Assembly (NCBI GenBank): GCA_030390025.1
Contig: CM059431.1
Span: 113,462,001-113,526,000, forward strand
Direction of reading: 5' to 3'
Origin: Squalus acanthias
Lineage: Eukaryota
Length of the DNA stretch: 64,000 nt
The position numbers were made by a program, and so were the translations under genes. A model generated the notes under the pieces. It was not told where the DNA came from and ran no database searches. It saw only the letters and a program-made list of their open reading frames with translations. Positions 11,171 to 23,326 of the stretch are shown piece by piece; the first letter of the stretch is position 1, and the number at the start of each line of letters is the position of its first letter.

Positions 11171-13282
11171 TGTAAGGAAGTGCAGTACTTTGATATTTTG
11201 TGAGAATAAATGTAACTAATTTTTAGTAGCCACAACAGTCCGGAGACAAATCAACCTTTAAATAACTGGTTTAAACTGTTGCACAATGTCAAACTGACAA
11301 GAAAGCAGTGAACAGCACTAACCTAAGAGCTGCGACTCATTACTCATGATCCCTTTAAGTAGAGCCCCTGGAGCCGGCTACCAACTGCTTCACGCCTCCT
11401 CTCTCTGTCACTGTCGGGGTGAGGCACTAAGGCAAGGGGTGATACTCAATTTGGCAGATCGGGCGCCCAGTGAGCGTTGCACAGTCACTGATGTCACGAT
11501 CTGCCTGCCGTTGAAGTCCCTGGCGCTAACTCGTAGCGGCGGCACTATGGGGGTGGGGGGCCGAATTTGGCGTGCGGCGCTGGATTCACCTTGCCGCGCG
11601 CTACTGCCTCAGCACCCCATTAGCGACCCCGGCAGGTGTTAACTGGAGACGCTAATGGTACTGAATTTCTCCCCCCTAGCCCCTAAATGGCTGCTGTGGA
11701 AGGTGCAGCATCATGTTATTTTTGGAACAGTTTGCCACTGAACTGCATCCACCACTAGAGCAGGAGATCTGAGTGTACAGATCTCTGCCACTCATTTGCA
11801 TGCATTTTACATTGGCACATCCTTTCAGGTGTAGTCAGGTTCAACCACCTGAAAAATATAGGGGTAGACCTTTGTCTTTACAGCATGGGCATTAAGTATT
11901 GCTTGGGTGGGGCGCAGAAAGGAAAGTCTGTCTGGGAGGTAACAAAAACCCACTGGATTTTCCTTGCACTAAAAATCCGACGGGTCCTGTAAGGGGCATG
12001 CGATTCCCTCCTCCAGATTTTCCTATCTGTATTCTACCCAGGCAATGCTTAATGCCCGTAAATAAAATAAGCATTATAAACAAAAATCTACCTCCTCCAA
12101 GAAAATCCAGAGGCAGTGCTATTCAGGCACAAAATGGAGCATGGGATTATCCATTTTTCCCGTGCACTGCGCAGCGCATATTTTTCAGATGCTGTTTGGG
12201 TGCTAAAGCCAGGAAAATGGCCTCTAGTGTTTTGGTGGCACTAAACCAGTTTCCTTGTGGTATTATCTGTCCCAGTGAGGAATGAAAACTGCTCGTTACT
12301 TGGAGACTGGACAAAATCAGCCGAAATAGCCATAGGCTATGTCCACAAAAAAGTCACCTCACTGGGAATGATTGTGGCACATCTAGCTACTGCCAATTAA
12401 AAAAAAATCCGCAGAGACACATGTACTAAGTAAAGAATAAAAAATAGACGAGATAATGCAATAGCTTGAAGTAAATTCAACAGATGCGCAGTAAGTAATA
12501 ATGGATCTTAGTGACAAGTGTGAATTTGCATGTGTTTATAAACATACACAGTTGAACAATCAATGCCACTTAAAGAACAAAGAACCTTGTGAAACTTACG
12601 CTTTCTTTTAAGGTGGTCTAATAAATGAATCATATTGTACTTACTGCCAATATTACGATAGCCATTATATTCCCGGTTATTATTCTCCTCTTAGTTGGAT
12701 TTTTACAACTATATTTTGATATTCCTGTCTTAGTAATAATAAATAAATAAATTGAAGGCAGCAATAAATAATGAGAAAAAATGGAAAGATATTTCTGCTG
12801 GATACAAATATCGCTTTTGGTAGATTTCTGAAATAGCAACAAGTTATGTTACTGATCTACAATGTTAGTTTGTAGCAGTAGTCTACACGTTATCCAAAAC
12901 AGCCCCCTTCCCTGTGAGATCTGCACGTTGCTTTTTGTCTTGTACTTATTCTGTACACAAACACTCACAGTTGTGGTTTCCCTAGCCTTTTGAAAACAGC
13001 TTGTGATGCTGTACTCGATGTACTATTCAGGCAAAAGAATAAAGTTCACATTATTTAAGCAGCACATTGCAACTGCTCTGCAACTCAGAATTCTCAAGGC
13101 TAAAGATCTTTGTGACTGTCAACAAGCCTGATTACCGGAAGATGGATTGTGTGAAGTAAAGTTAAACACTGGAACAAACCCTGTTCAAACAATAGATCTG
13201 CATCCACAATCCTGCAGATAGCAGTTTTGCAATACACAAGCCTTGGCACTGTACCAGTGTCCACAGCGACCACTTGCATTTA

Positions 13283-13614
13283 CAGGAAACTTTCGTTTAT
13301 CCGGCACCGACGGGACCGGCGTGGTGCCGGTTGATCGAAAGTGCCGGATTACAGAGAGGTATACTTACCAAGGTACGAGAGCCCCGTACACGGCCACAGG
13401 CTTAACAATTGGGACCCGGAGAGGGAAAGTAAACGAGACTCCGGCTTTTTCCTCCGTGGCGGCGACAGGTCCGAGTCGGAAGAACGTTGACCCCCCTTTC
13501 GTGGGGGCGAAAGGTCAGAATCGGGGTCTTGTCTGTATAATAAAACTTACCTGATTTTTGCCGGTTAAGCGAGAATTCCGGATATTTGGGTGCCGGATAA
13601 ACGAAAGTTTCCTG
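13283..13614. mobile_element. Tc1/mariner (pogo/Tigger-like) MITE
   Basis: Perfect 26-bp TIR CAGGAAACTTTCGTTTATCCGGCACC, TA duplication on both sides; inserted in an L2 3' tail. Confidence 0.92.
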
Positions 13615-14147
13615 TATATAGAACCTTTAGTGTAGAAAAAAATATTACAAGGCACTTCACAACCAGGCCAAAAAAAATTGCATGTCAAACCAAAGAAGGA
13701 GATATTAGGAGGGGTGACCAAAAGCTGAGTCAAAGAGGTGGGTTTTAAGGAGGGGCTTAAAGAGGCAGAGAGGTTCAGGGAAAGAATTCCAGAGCGTAGA
13801 CAGCTGAAGGCATGGCAGCCAGTGGTGGGGCAAAGAGAGGTGGCAGATGCAGAAGAGGCCAGAGTCAGAGTCAGTTCTGGGGGCAGGGGTGGGGGTTGGG
13901 GGGGGGGGGGGAGGATTATAAGGCTGGAGGAGGTTACAGAGGTAGGGAGGAGCAAAGCCATGAAGTGATTTAAACACAATGATCAGTTTAAATTGGGGGA
14001 GTTGGGGGACTGGAAGCCAGTGTAAATCAGCAAGGACAGGAGTGATTGGTGAGTGGGATAGGATACAGGCAGCACAATTTTTGGATGAGCTGGAATTTAT
14101 GGAAAGTAAATAAAGGAGACCAGCCAGGAGAGCAATAGAATAGTCAA

Positions 14148-14578
14148 AATTAACAACAGAAAACGCTGGAAAAACTCAGCAGGCCAGGCAGCATCCGTGG
14201 AGAGAGAAACAGAGCTAACGTTTCAGGTCGAAGACCTTTCATCAGAACTGGAAAAAAGCAGGAAATGAAATAGATTTAAAGCAAGTATAAAGCTGGGAAA
14301 AGGGGGAGGGGATGAAAGAACAAAAGGAGAGATTAAGAGACCTAGAGAGACATTAAGAGATAATCACGGCGAGAGGAGGTGTTGATGTGACAGGTTGAGG
14401 CTAAATGAAGTGTGAAATGCACTGGCAGAATGAAGGACAGCTGCCAGATTCTGGGAGGGAAAAAAAAGGGGGGGGGGCAAACAAAAGGGTGGATGAAAAA
14501 ATAAAATATAAATGTGATAGGGGCCCAGGTTATGATCTAAAATTGTTGAACTCGATGTTGAGTCCAGAGGGCTGTAGG
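14148..14578 (-). mobile_element. 5'-truncated Penelope-like element (family B)
   Basis: 10-bp TSD GAATAGTCAA (14138-14147, 14579-14588); minus strand encodes LQPSGLNIEFNNFRS* (GIY-YIG end). Confidence 0.85.
14213..14249 (-). ncRNA. Minimal hammerhead ribozyme motif (Penelope family B)
   Basis: Minus strand: AGTT-CTGATGA-A-AGGTC ttc GACCT-GAAA-CGT-T-AGCT; palindromic ACGT stem III. Confidence 0.78.
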
Positions 14579-16099
14579 GAATAGTCAAGTCCGGGGGTGA
14601 TAAAGGCATGTCTCAGTAATGAATTTGGGAAACTTCAGATCCTTATACTGTATAGGTTACACTTAAAGATTTCACATTTCACTGGGTGGAATTCCAGACG
14701 ACAATAGAATTACGAATGTTTAGATTTATTCTGCTTTACTGTGCTTTTCATTTGAGCTCACTTTTGCAATAAAGGCTGTCCATCTAATTATATTCGTCAG
14801 TGGCTATATGATCAAAAAAGACAGCAGTAACTCAGGAAGTGCACTTTGTTTTCTGCTGAAGGGACTAAAACATTTTAGAGTCTGTGGTCAAATACGCTTC
14901 AAAAAAAGCCGAAACCAGATGCAGCGTCAGTCACCTGCTTCACTTGGTCTTTTGATTCTCAAGTCATGAGGTCATTCCACCAGATCAGTTCGAGGCTCCA
15001 TTCAGTCAACTCTGTCAAAATGCACGCCTTCTATTTATTTATAGCTTTGAAGCATTTTTTAAGTTTAGTTCGATTACACACTGATTGCCTTTTGAATTCC
15101 TTACTGTGGAACATGTGCACCTTCTGTCCAAATAAATAACAATTTGATCCCGGTGGTAATGCACTAGATGACCTTTGGTTGTTTAAATGGCACAGGCAGG
15201 GCAATATACCGCTGGGAGGTCCACACATCCCTGGTGGTGCCACAGGATAGGTGGGACCTTCCTGTAAGTAATATAGACAAGAAGGTGGCGTACAAACTAA
15301 ATAAATCTGTAACAAAAGAGCCTTGGACGTTGAAGCCTTTCACATGATCAGTAAGACCCTGTTGAGTCATTTAAAAATGCAGATTTGACAGTTTTATTTA
15401 AGAACAAAGTTCAGGGCATTTAGATGGTAACGTATAGATTCAAATCCGATTTTGTTGCTTACTGAATAAAATATTATAATCCCTGCAGTAGTATTTCTTC
15501 CCCATAGTATCATAAATTAAATGCATGGCTACGATGTACGTCCGCCCATCTGAAAGCACCAAAACAGAGTCCTAATCAAAGTTACGAAGATGTCCTCTGT
15601 GACTGTGACTGCAGTGCATCATCCACCCACCCCCCTCAACCTCTTCACAGCTTCTGCCACAATTTACATTCCGAGCAGCTGGCGAGGGTGGTGCATGAGG
15701 TCATTAACAGGCCTGATTATCTTTTCGTAACTTTCTTCTCACATGTTCCCAAGATTGAGGCTAAAACAATGGAAGACAAAGAAAGACAGGAGGAAGAAGG
15801 CAGCATTAATTGTAGCACGGGAGATGTATATGAGAGAGAGAGAGGGGGTGATTTTCTGCGGAGGTTCTCCCAGCACGTTTACGCATTTTTTTGGGGGGGT
15901 TTCCATGGCTGTTCCGCCAAAGTTACAGCGAGTGAGTGGGAGAAGCTCCATGGAAATTCACCTCCATCGTTACAAGGTAACGACCCGGGACTCTCCCATA
16001 TCGGGTTGACTCAGATTCAAAAACTCATCACAAATTGATCAAGTTTGCAGAAAGTACGTAACTAAAAGAGGCAGCAAATTCGGAGGAGGCACTTTAGAA

Positions 16100-16410
16100 A
16101 TTATACAATGAGTTGGTCAGTATGTGTAAGTGAGTGGAATAAAAGATTGGAGAAACCAGAGCTCTTCATCCTTGGAAGGAAACGTTTATAGGAATAAATG
16201 AGATAGTAGATGGTATAGGAAAAGGTAAATCCAGAAAACCATTTAAAATTAAATGGTGAGAGTAGAGTAAGTTGGCACAAGTTCAAATGAGTAAAAGGAA
16301 AATTTAGGGCTGATATCACAAAGCTGTTCACACAATGAGTGATCAATACATGCAATGGAGTCCCAGATAGAGGAGTGGAAGTTAAAAACCCTAGGATCAA
16401 TTTAGAAAGA
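16100..16410 (+). mobile_element. Old, highly decayed CR1 3' fragment
   Basis: Residual similarity to the CR1 ORF2 C-terminus (GHKFK..KGKFR.D...FTQ.VI..WN.P). Confidence 0.55.
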
Positions 16411-16639
16411 AATATATATAATATATATAAAACCCAGAACCTTATTTGACCTTTTCATGTATTTTCCACCTAGAATTTGACTTTTAATGAAGTGTATATA
16501 TGTATCTCCCACTCTCTTTGTTCCTCCACTGCATTGAAAACTTTCCAATTTATTTGCATTTTCTGTTCTTTTTCCCAAAATATCCTAATTCACCTTTATT
16601 TAAGTTTTCCACCCATTCCTCTAACTTTTTTTATTTATT

Positions 16640-16890
16640 TGTTTATGGGATGTGGGCATCGCTGGCAAGGCCAACGTTTATTTCCCGTCCCTAATTGCCC
16701 TTGAGAAGGTGGTGGTGAGCCGCCTTCTTGAACCGCTGCAGTCCGTGTGGTGCAGGTACTCCCACAGTGCTGTTAGGTAGGGAATTCCAGGATTTTGACC
16801 CAGCGACGATGAAGGAACGGCGATATTTTTCCAAGTCAGGATGGTGTGTGACTTGGAGAAGGACTTGGAGCTGGTGGTGTTCCCACTTCT
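16640..16890 (-). mobile_element. 3' fragment of the tRNA-headed LINE family
   Basis: Reverse complement matches 46245-46490. Confidence 0.85.
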
Positions 16891-16897
16891 TCCTGCA

Positions 16898-17372
16898 GTA
16901 GTGTCAGCCGTGGCTCAGTGGGCAGCATTTTCGCCTGTGAGTCAGAAGGTTGTGGGTTCAAGTCCCCCTCCAGAGACTTGAGCTCAATAAATCTACACTG
17001 ACACTCCAGTGCAGTACTGAGGGAGTGCTGCACTGTCGCATGTACTGTCTTTCAGATGAGATGTTAAACTGAGGCCCTGTCTGCTCTCTCTCTCAGGTGG
17101 ACATAAAAGATCCCATAGCACTATCTTGAAGAAGAGCAGGGGAATTATTCCCAGTGTCCTGGCCAATATTTATCCCTCAATCAACATAACAAAAACAGAT
17201 TATCTGGTCGTTATCACATTGCTGTTTGTGGGAGATTGCTGTGCACAGATTGGCTGCTGCGTTTCCTACATTACGACAGTGACTACACTTCAAAATTACT
17301 TCATTGGCTGTAAAGCGCTTTGGGATGTCTGGTGGTCATGAAAGGTGCTATATAAATGCAAGTCTTTCTTTT
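16898..17372 (+). mobile_element. tRNA-derived SINE with Deu-like core and L2-like tail (full length)
   Basis: A box TGGCTCAGTGG, B box GGTTCAAGTCC, tail GCTATATAAATGCAAGTCTTTCTTT shared with L2 ends; several copies in window. Confidence 0.85.
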
Positions 17373-19509
17373 GCAGGCTTCTGCTTGCAACGCCCCTAAT
17401 TTGGTATCATTGAGAAATTTTGATCTAATCCCTCTATGACCGTGTCCAAATCATTTACATAAATAGAGAACAAGAGAGATCCCAACATAGGTTAGGACTC
17501 ACCGTGAACTAAATCTCATCAGCCTGAGAAACACCCATTTACACCTACTCTCTGCTCTCTCTCCTTTAGCTATCCCTCTATCCATCACTTTACCTTTATA
17601 TAACTGCAGCCTTACTTTTTGTACAGATGCTTAGAAACATTTATAAAATGTATTTATAAAGCGAAGCAAAGAACAATCATTAGAGTATTGTATTATGATT
17701 GAAGAGGGTTTCATTTCTGTCCATATAGCAGCACAATGTATGATCTATTTTACCTTTGAAATGCTACCAGCACAAAAATACCACCACAATCTGCTAGCGA
17801 ATCAAAGTGATCAAAGTATATGTGATTACGAGAGCACTTTAAAAAAACTATAGACAGCCCTGACGACTCTATAGTCATAATGTGGTAATCTACTGGGCAT
17901 GGCAGCATTGTTGTATCAATCATGAGTATCCACACAATCATAGTGCAAAGCAAGGGTATTCAGCGAATTCAAAACCATGAGTACTTTAATGTTTTGATTT
18001 TTTTAAATTTACTAAGGAACTGACTACTGTACCCCAATCTAACTAGAAAATAGTTTTGTATATTTTTTAAAAGTCCTTTTCAGCAATTTAAAATGGGGTT
18101 ACTCACAGGTGGTGGATTGACACTGTGGTTTAAAATGTGTATTTTTTGTGTTAAACCCATTTTCAGCTGTATTAATCAATCTTTACCAACCACTCTTAAA
18201 TATACCGAGGAATATTTTTTAAAGCAATTTTTTTTAAATTACATTTTAAAACGCTGCCCAATTGCACTGGTTCAGCAATATGCAAATGAATTTAAGCGGA
18301 AACTTGGGGGGAAAACACTTTTCAAAATGGGCGCCATTTTGGAATCGCCAATTGCACCCAAAGCAGCAACTCTATCGTGTCATTTTTAATCTATTTAAAT
18401 ATCTGTTTAACAGCTTTAACATAGCAATGCCAAGTTGTAATTAACATGAGACATGATTCTTTGTTATAGACTACAAATAATGTAGCACCAAAAGAGACAA
18501 GTCTATCAACTGAACCAGTTATTTTTTCCACAGGTCCCATTACTTCTTTGATCTCTAATGGTTAATTCAATTTGCAACATTCTCTTCAGATAGAAAAGAA
18601 TAGCTGATTTGAGCCTGCTCAGACTACAGTTTCCTCCTCCACAGCCCTTCATTCCTGCCCTGCTCTGGCTGCTGGCTTGTACCGCATCCCAAACTGGCAT
18701 CTGATGTCTTGATGAGGCGTCTGTATCACGGATTCTCCCTTTCCTGTTGCCTGCACCATCCCAGCTGAAGATAACTCTCAATATCATCAGGTACTCCTGT
18801 GGGAAAAAGTCTAAGGGTTCTTGACACAGATGCACATAAAACAATGTGATTTTGCATAGATTTCAATATTTTTAGACTAAATCTATGTCACAAACATCTC
18901 AGCTTCTTTTGTTCTGAATTTGGTGTTCTTCTGCAAATATTTAACTCATTCAGAAGCGTCAGTGAATGAACAATATATTCATTGGATTATAAGGATAATC
19001 CAAACAGTTAACCCTAATTTGACCAGACTATGATATCTCCAGATACTCAGCCTTCATATCTAGATCTGAACTCCGCTTCCTTCTCATACTAATACCTCCC
19101 TCTCTAAGGCTATCCCCACCTCCCTCACATGATTACTGCCATTGTTGAGGTCACTGCTACTTCTGTAGCCCAGTTACACTTATTTACTTTGCAAAGGTGT
19201 CCATCCTGCTGTCCTCTTTAAAGGGAAGTCTAAGGGCAGTACTTTCTATTCTTGAAGAGAAAAAAGATAAGAAACATAACCATAAAAGGAAAACTTTTAA
19301 TTGCAAGTCTCCTCCAGAGTTGCTGCAGTGACATCCCTGACAGGTAGGAGGCACTGCCTCCCAGAGTGGCTACATTCATTTCAATGGCTGTTACAGTTTC
19401 AGACTGGTCCGCAAGCTAATGCAGAGTTGCTTATCGTGGAAAAAAAACCAAGCTACCTAGAAAAGTACATAGCACATCCAACAGATAGCATATTTTCCAG
19501 GGTTTGGCA

Positions 19510-20090
19510 GATCTGGTTATACAAAGCCGTGGTTAGACCACATCTGGAGTACGGTGTATAATTTTGGGCACCGCATCTTAGAAAGGATGTACTGGCCTTG
19601 TAAGTAATGCAGCGCAGATTCACCAGAATGTTACCAGGGCTCCAAGGGTTAGATTATGAGGAGCGATTACATAAACTAAGCTTGTATTCCCTGGAATATA
19701 GAAGGTTAAGCGGTGATTTGACTGAGGTTTTTAGGATTTTGAAGGGAATTGATAGGGTAGATGGAGAGAAACCTTTTCCACTGATGGGGGAGTCTAGGAC
19801 AAGGGGGCATAACCTTAAAATTAGAGCCAGGCCATTCAGGAGAGAAGTTAGGAAACACCTCTTCACGCAAAGAAGTGTGGAACTCTCTCCCTGAAAAAGC
19901 AGTAGATGCTAGCTCAATTAATAATTTAAATTCTGAGATCGCTAGACCTTTGCTAGCAAAGGGTATTAAGGGATATGGAGCCAAGGCGGGTGGATGGAGT
20001 TAGGATACAGATTAGCCATGATCTCATTGAATGGTGCAATAGGCTCGAGGGGCTGTATGGCCTACTCCTGTAGTTATGTTCCTATGTCCC
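19510..20090 (+). mobile_element. CR1 3' fragment
   Basis: LYKAVVRPHLEY...QRRFTRMLPG...RTRGHNLKI with stops; CR1 3' UTR. Confidence 0.9.
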
Positions 20091-20477
20091 TATCTGAATT
20101 AGCTCCCAGGCTGGTTCAAAGTTGTGACCTCCAGTAAAAGATATGGTGCTCCTCCAGGACATAGGCGGCTCCTCGTTATCAGCAATAAGTCTGTGCTGGG
20201 GCAAGCAATTTGACGTTTCCTTCCCCTTTAGAGCTGTTGTTGCTTCCCTCCAACAACTCAGCCTCTCCCTTTCCTTTTACTCACTGGCACCCTCCTATAT
20301 GGCCAGCATTATGTCAAAAATCTCAAAAAACCATCAGAAACTGCTGGGGAACGGCTGCTAATTTTGCAGACAGTCACACACCCAGCAATTGTGACTTGTT
20401 AGTTCAACATGCATTTAACTAAATGTTTTCAAATTTGGGGAGCCATTCTGAAATCTTACTTTGCTCCCTAATAAAGG

Positions 20478-20768
20478 ACAAACTTGCACCTTATCATGTC
20501 CTTAGATATCCAAAGTGCTTTACAACCAATGAATTACTTTTGAAGTGCAGTCACTGCTGGTTATATAGCAAAAACACAACTTTTGTGCATAGCAAATTCT
20601 TGCAAACATGCATGGCCAGTTAATCTGTTTTTGGTTGATATCTGGATATCGGGAGAATTTTCTACACTTCTTCATGCAGCATTAGCTTAATGTCTCATTT
20701 GAAAGACGGCACCTCCAACAAAGAAGTGGGGCTTAAACCCACGGCCTTCTGACTCAGAGCCAAGCTGA
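20478..20768 (-). mobile_element. Decayed, internally deleted copy of the tRNA/Deu SINE
   Basis: Reverse complement matches parts of 16898-17372. Confidence 0.7.
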
Positions 20769-20988
20769 CAGTTAAACACAAATCTTGTATATGCACTAAA
20801 ATGTACAGCAACACAATCAGTTGATAATATCCACAAGGGTTGTGAGTGACCTTTACTCTTGTCCTTCATGCCAATTAATGCAAACAGCAACTGTTTGATC
20901 TTAAGCCGCTAAAACAAAAGACGACCATGGGGCAAGACAGAGGTTCCAAATGTCAGCTTCAACTAGGTCCCTCCCACAAAAACAAAGC

Positions 20989-21103
20989 TATTGCCCACCC
21001 CTAGTTGCCCTAAAAAGTGGTGGTGGGCCTTCTTCTTGAACTGCTGTAGATACAACTGAGTGGCTTGCTAGGCCACTTCAGATAGCAGTTAAGAGTCAAC
21101 CAC
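20989..21103 (-). mobile_element. SINE-like deletion derivative of the tRNA-headed LINE (leader fused to 3' tail)
   Basis: Minus-strand GTGGTTGACTCTTAACTG...CAGTTGTA (cf. 38642-38686) joined directly to CAGCAGTTCAAGAAG...GGGCAATA (cf. 46390-46449). Confidence 0.8.
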
Positions 21104-21835
21104 TTCCTCGACTAGGACCTCCAGAAAGGCATCAGAAAAGCGGGGGGCAGCCCTGAGATTCATCAGTCTGGCCAAAACGTCTTGAGGAATTGTTCAATGA
21201 ATAATGCAAGCATGGGATGAAACCTCACTTTAAGAGGTGCATCCCTGCTTTAAGTCAGCCTTGGGAGTCACGATGGGGCACCGTGGCTGCAGTGTCTACC
21301 CACTACAGGATGCACTGCAGCAGTGTGCCAAGGCTTCTTTGGCAGCACCTCCCAAATCCGTAATCTCCACCACCTATAAGGACTAAGGCAGCAGATGCAT
21401 GGGAACACCGCCACCTCCAAGTTTTCCTCAAAGTCACACACCATCCTGACTTGGACATATATTGCCATTCCTTCATCGTTGCTGGGTCAAAATCCTGGAG
21501 CTCCTTATCTAACGGCATTGCGGGAGTACCTTCAGCACACGGACTGTAGCTGTTCAAGAAGAAGGGCCAACGCCACCTTCTCAGGGCAATTACAGATGGC
21601 AATAAAGGCCGACATCGCCAGCGACGCCCACATCCCAAGAATAAATTTTTAAAATTGCATGCGTCATGTGGGTGAGCTGCCCAATTCTGCACACTATTGA
21701 GAGGGCAGCCCATCCGTCAAATTTAAATGAGGCACGAGACTTAAAATTGCATGGGTCTTGCCAGAAACACCATGGGAGTTTGCCACCCATCCTGCCCTCC
21801 ATACACTCGATTCCCGCCCTGGGTTAAAATCAGGA
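21100..21835 (-). mobile_element. Harbinger fragment with start of the Myb gene; hosts a LINE 3' fragment at about 21280-21645 (+)
   Basis: Minus-strand RAAPRFSDAFLEVLVEEV at about 21100-21155; 21280-21645 matches 46120-46495. Confidence 0.65.
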
Positions 21836-21984
21836 CACTCAGGTCAATCAGAGGACCATCGCTACTGCTTGTAAATTTCAGGCTCCAGTCAATGACCTTT
21901 ATTTCTATTTTTTGATGATGTGACACAGTGCCATGTCTTGAATGTGACTGATGCATTCTATACAAAATGGTCCCGATATTTACT

Positions 21985-22540
21985 CAGGTGGGATTTCCAA
22001 GCTGGGGGTGGGGGCGGAGTTCTGGCTTCCCTGAAAGCCATGGAGTTTTAACTCCACAGCGTGCGTGGTGTTTTTATAACAGGTTCCCTGCCTCAACAGG
22101 CTTGGCTTCCTGTCAAGTGGGGAGCGCTCCAGAAGAGGCCACAGCCCAGGAGTAGGAAGGTTGCCTGCCGCTTGGGTTGGGCTGGGGGGATGCACTCCTG
22201 CTCCTCCTGGCCCACAAGCAGTGCTGGAAAAGCACTTAACTGTTCCATGCAGCAGTCCTCGCCTTCTTTTATCTGTCGGATTTCCCGAGGCTGGGAAACC
22301 CGGCCGGCCAGCGTTAACACTGGAAGAGTGATCAAATTTGAGGCACACGGCCTCATTAAAATATTGAAATGAGTGACCCACCTCCTGGGAGCGGGTTTGT
22401 TATTCGCCTTCTGTCTCGCCTCCGTTAAAACCGGAAGTGACGGGTTTGAGGCCGGTTGGATTTGGGTTTGAGATTTTTTACATTTTAGCATCCCACCCGA
22501 CCCAAACCCACTTGTTTGTGGGGGTTAAAATGACCCCCAA
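21985..22540. mobile_element. Harbinger-type non-autonomous element (MITE)
   Basis: GG..GGATTT / AAAATGACCCCC ends; internal similarity to 62680-63412. Confidence 0.6.
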
Positions 22541-23326
22541 GACTTCTACATGAAGTTTTGTTTCTTTACACAAATTGAGATTGAGAAAGGGAAGCTGTAA
22601 TTACTTGTATTAGCCCTTCTTTACGTGTCCATTCACGGAGTGTGTTGGAAGATTCTGATGAGAAAAAATGTTTTGAAAATCTTTTTACATCTCACTGGTG
22701 TAAAAAGCAATCAGCCTGATAAAGAAGACAAATATTTTCTATTCAACCTTCACTTGTTTAGGGCCACAATCTGCAATGTATTTGAAGACGCACACCAAGC
22801 GTTAAGGGACGCTAATCGTAGTGTTTCATTTAGAGATTTTGTGGCGATTTTCAACTTCCGCTGTGTGCTTATTGCTTGATAAATGGATGGCCAACAGTGG
22901 ACAATTGTGGAAGAGCCTTGGCCGCCCCATAGTTGCCCAAGGCAAGCCTGTAAATGGGCACAAAGCAGGCCCACCTGTTTTGGGCAGGAGGCTGTTTTTA
23001 AATATGCAAATCGGGGTCCTCTGTTCTCGGATCCCAATTGCGATTTTGAAGTACGAATAGGTGGAGCGTGCACCAAGCCAGTGGTCCTTAAAGGGACCTT
23101 TCCACAAAAGGGAACCAAACCTCTGATTCTTTTATTTCTGTGGGGCCAGGAGGAGCAGGATAACTGCAGCCCCCATGGCGATATGTGCTCTCCACCCACC
23201 CCCCCACCACCTCTCTGGATTATCTAACCCCCTCCCCACACCACCCCAGTCCAACCCGATAGCTGGTTCAGTGCAGGAGCCAGCCGATTTCCTACCTTCC
23301 TATGATCAATGAGCTATGGCTGAGTA

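Larger units (their letters stand above)
8780..11676. mobile_element. Decayed, left-truncated autonomous-type PIF/Harbinger DNA transposon (convergent Myb/SANT and transposase genes)
   Basis: Myb/SANT gene on +, HARBI1-like DDE gene on -, right end CTGAATTTCTCCCCCC at 11661-11676 resembling MITE ends elsewhere in the window. Confidence 0.85.
13270..14612 (-). mobile_element. L2-clade LINE 3' fragment, host to the MITE and a Penelope insertion
   Basis: Minus-strand FKSLHGFAPPYLCNLLQPY...LWNS...LLKTHLFD matches the L2 ORF2 C-termini at 37450 and 59351. Confidence 0.85.

Noticed and set aside
12595..12842. Possible minus-strand host exon (GTAAGT donors near 12597 and 12641)
   Set aside because: Weak acceptors, no recognisable peptide, no partner exons; needs RNA-seq or cross-species alignment
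15031..15370. Possible minus-strand exon after TTACAG
   Set aside because: No recognisable protein motif in any frame and no clear donor
16898..16975. tRNA gene (also 38368-38458 and 49660-49735)
   Set aside because: A/B boxes are present but no full cloverleaf, and each continues into a retroposon body
18506..18844. 112-aa ORF with a good acceptor (TTTTTCCCACAG)
   Set aside because: No identifiable domain and no convincing donor
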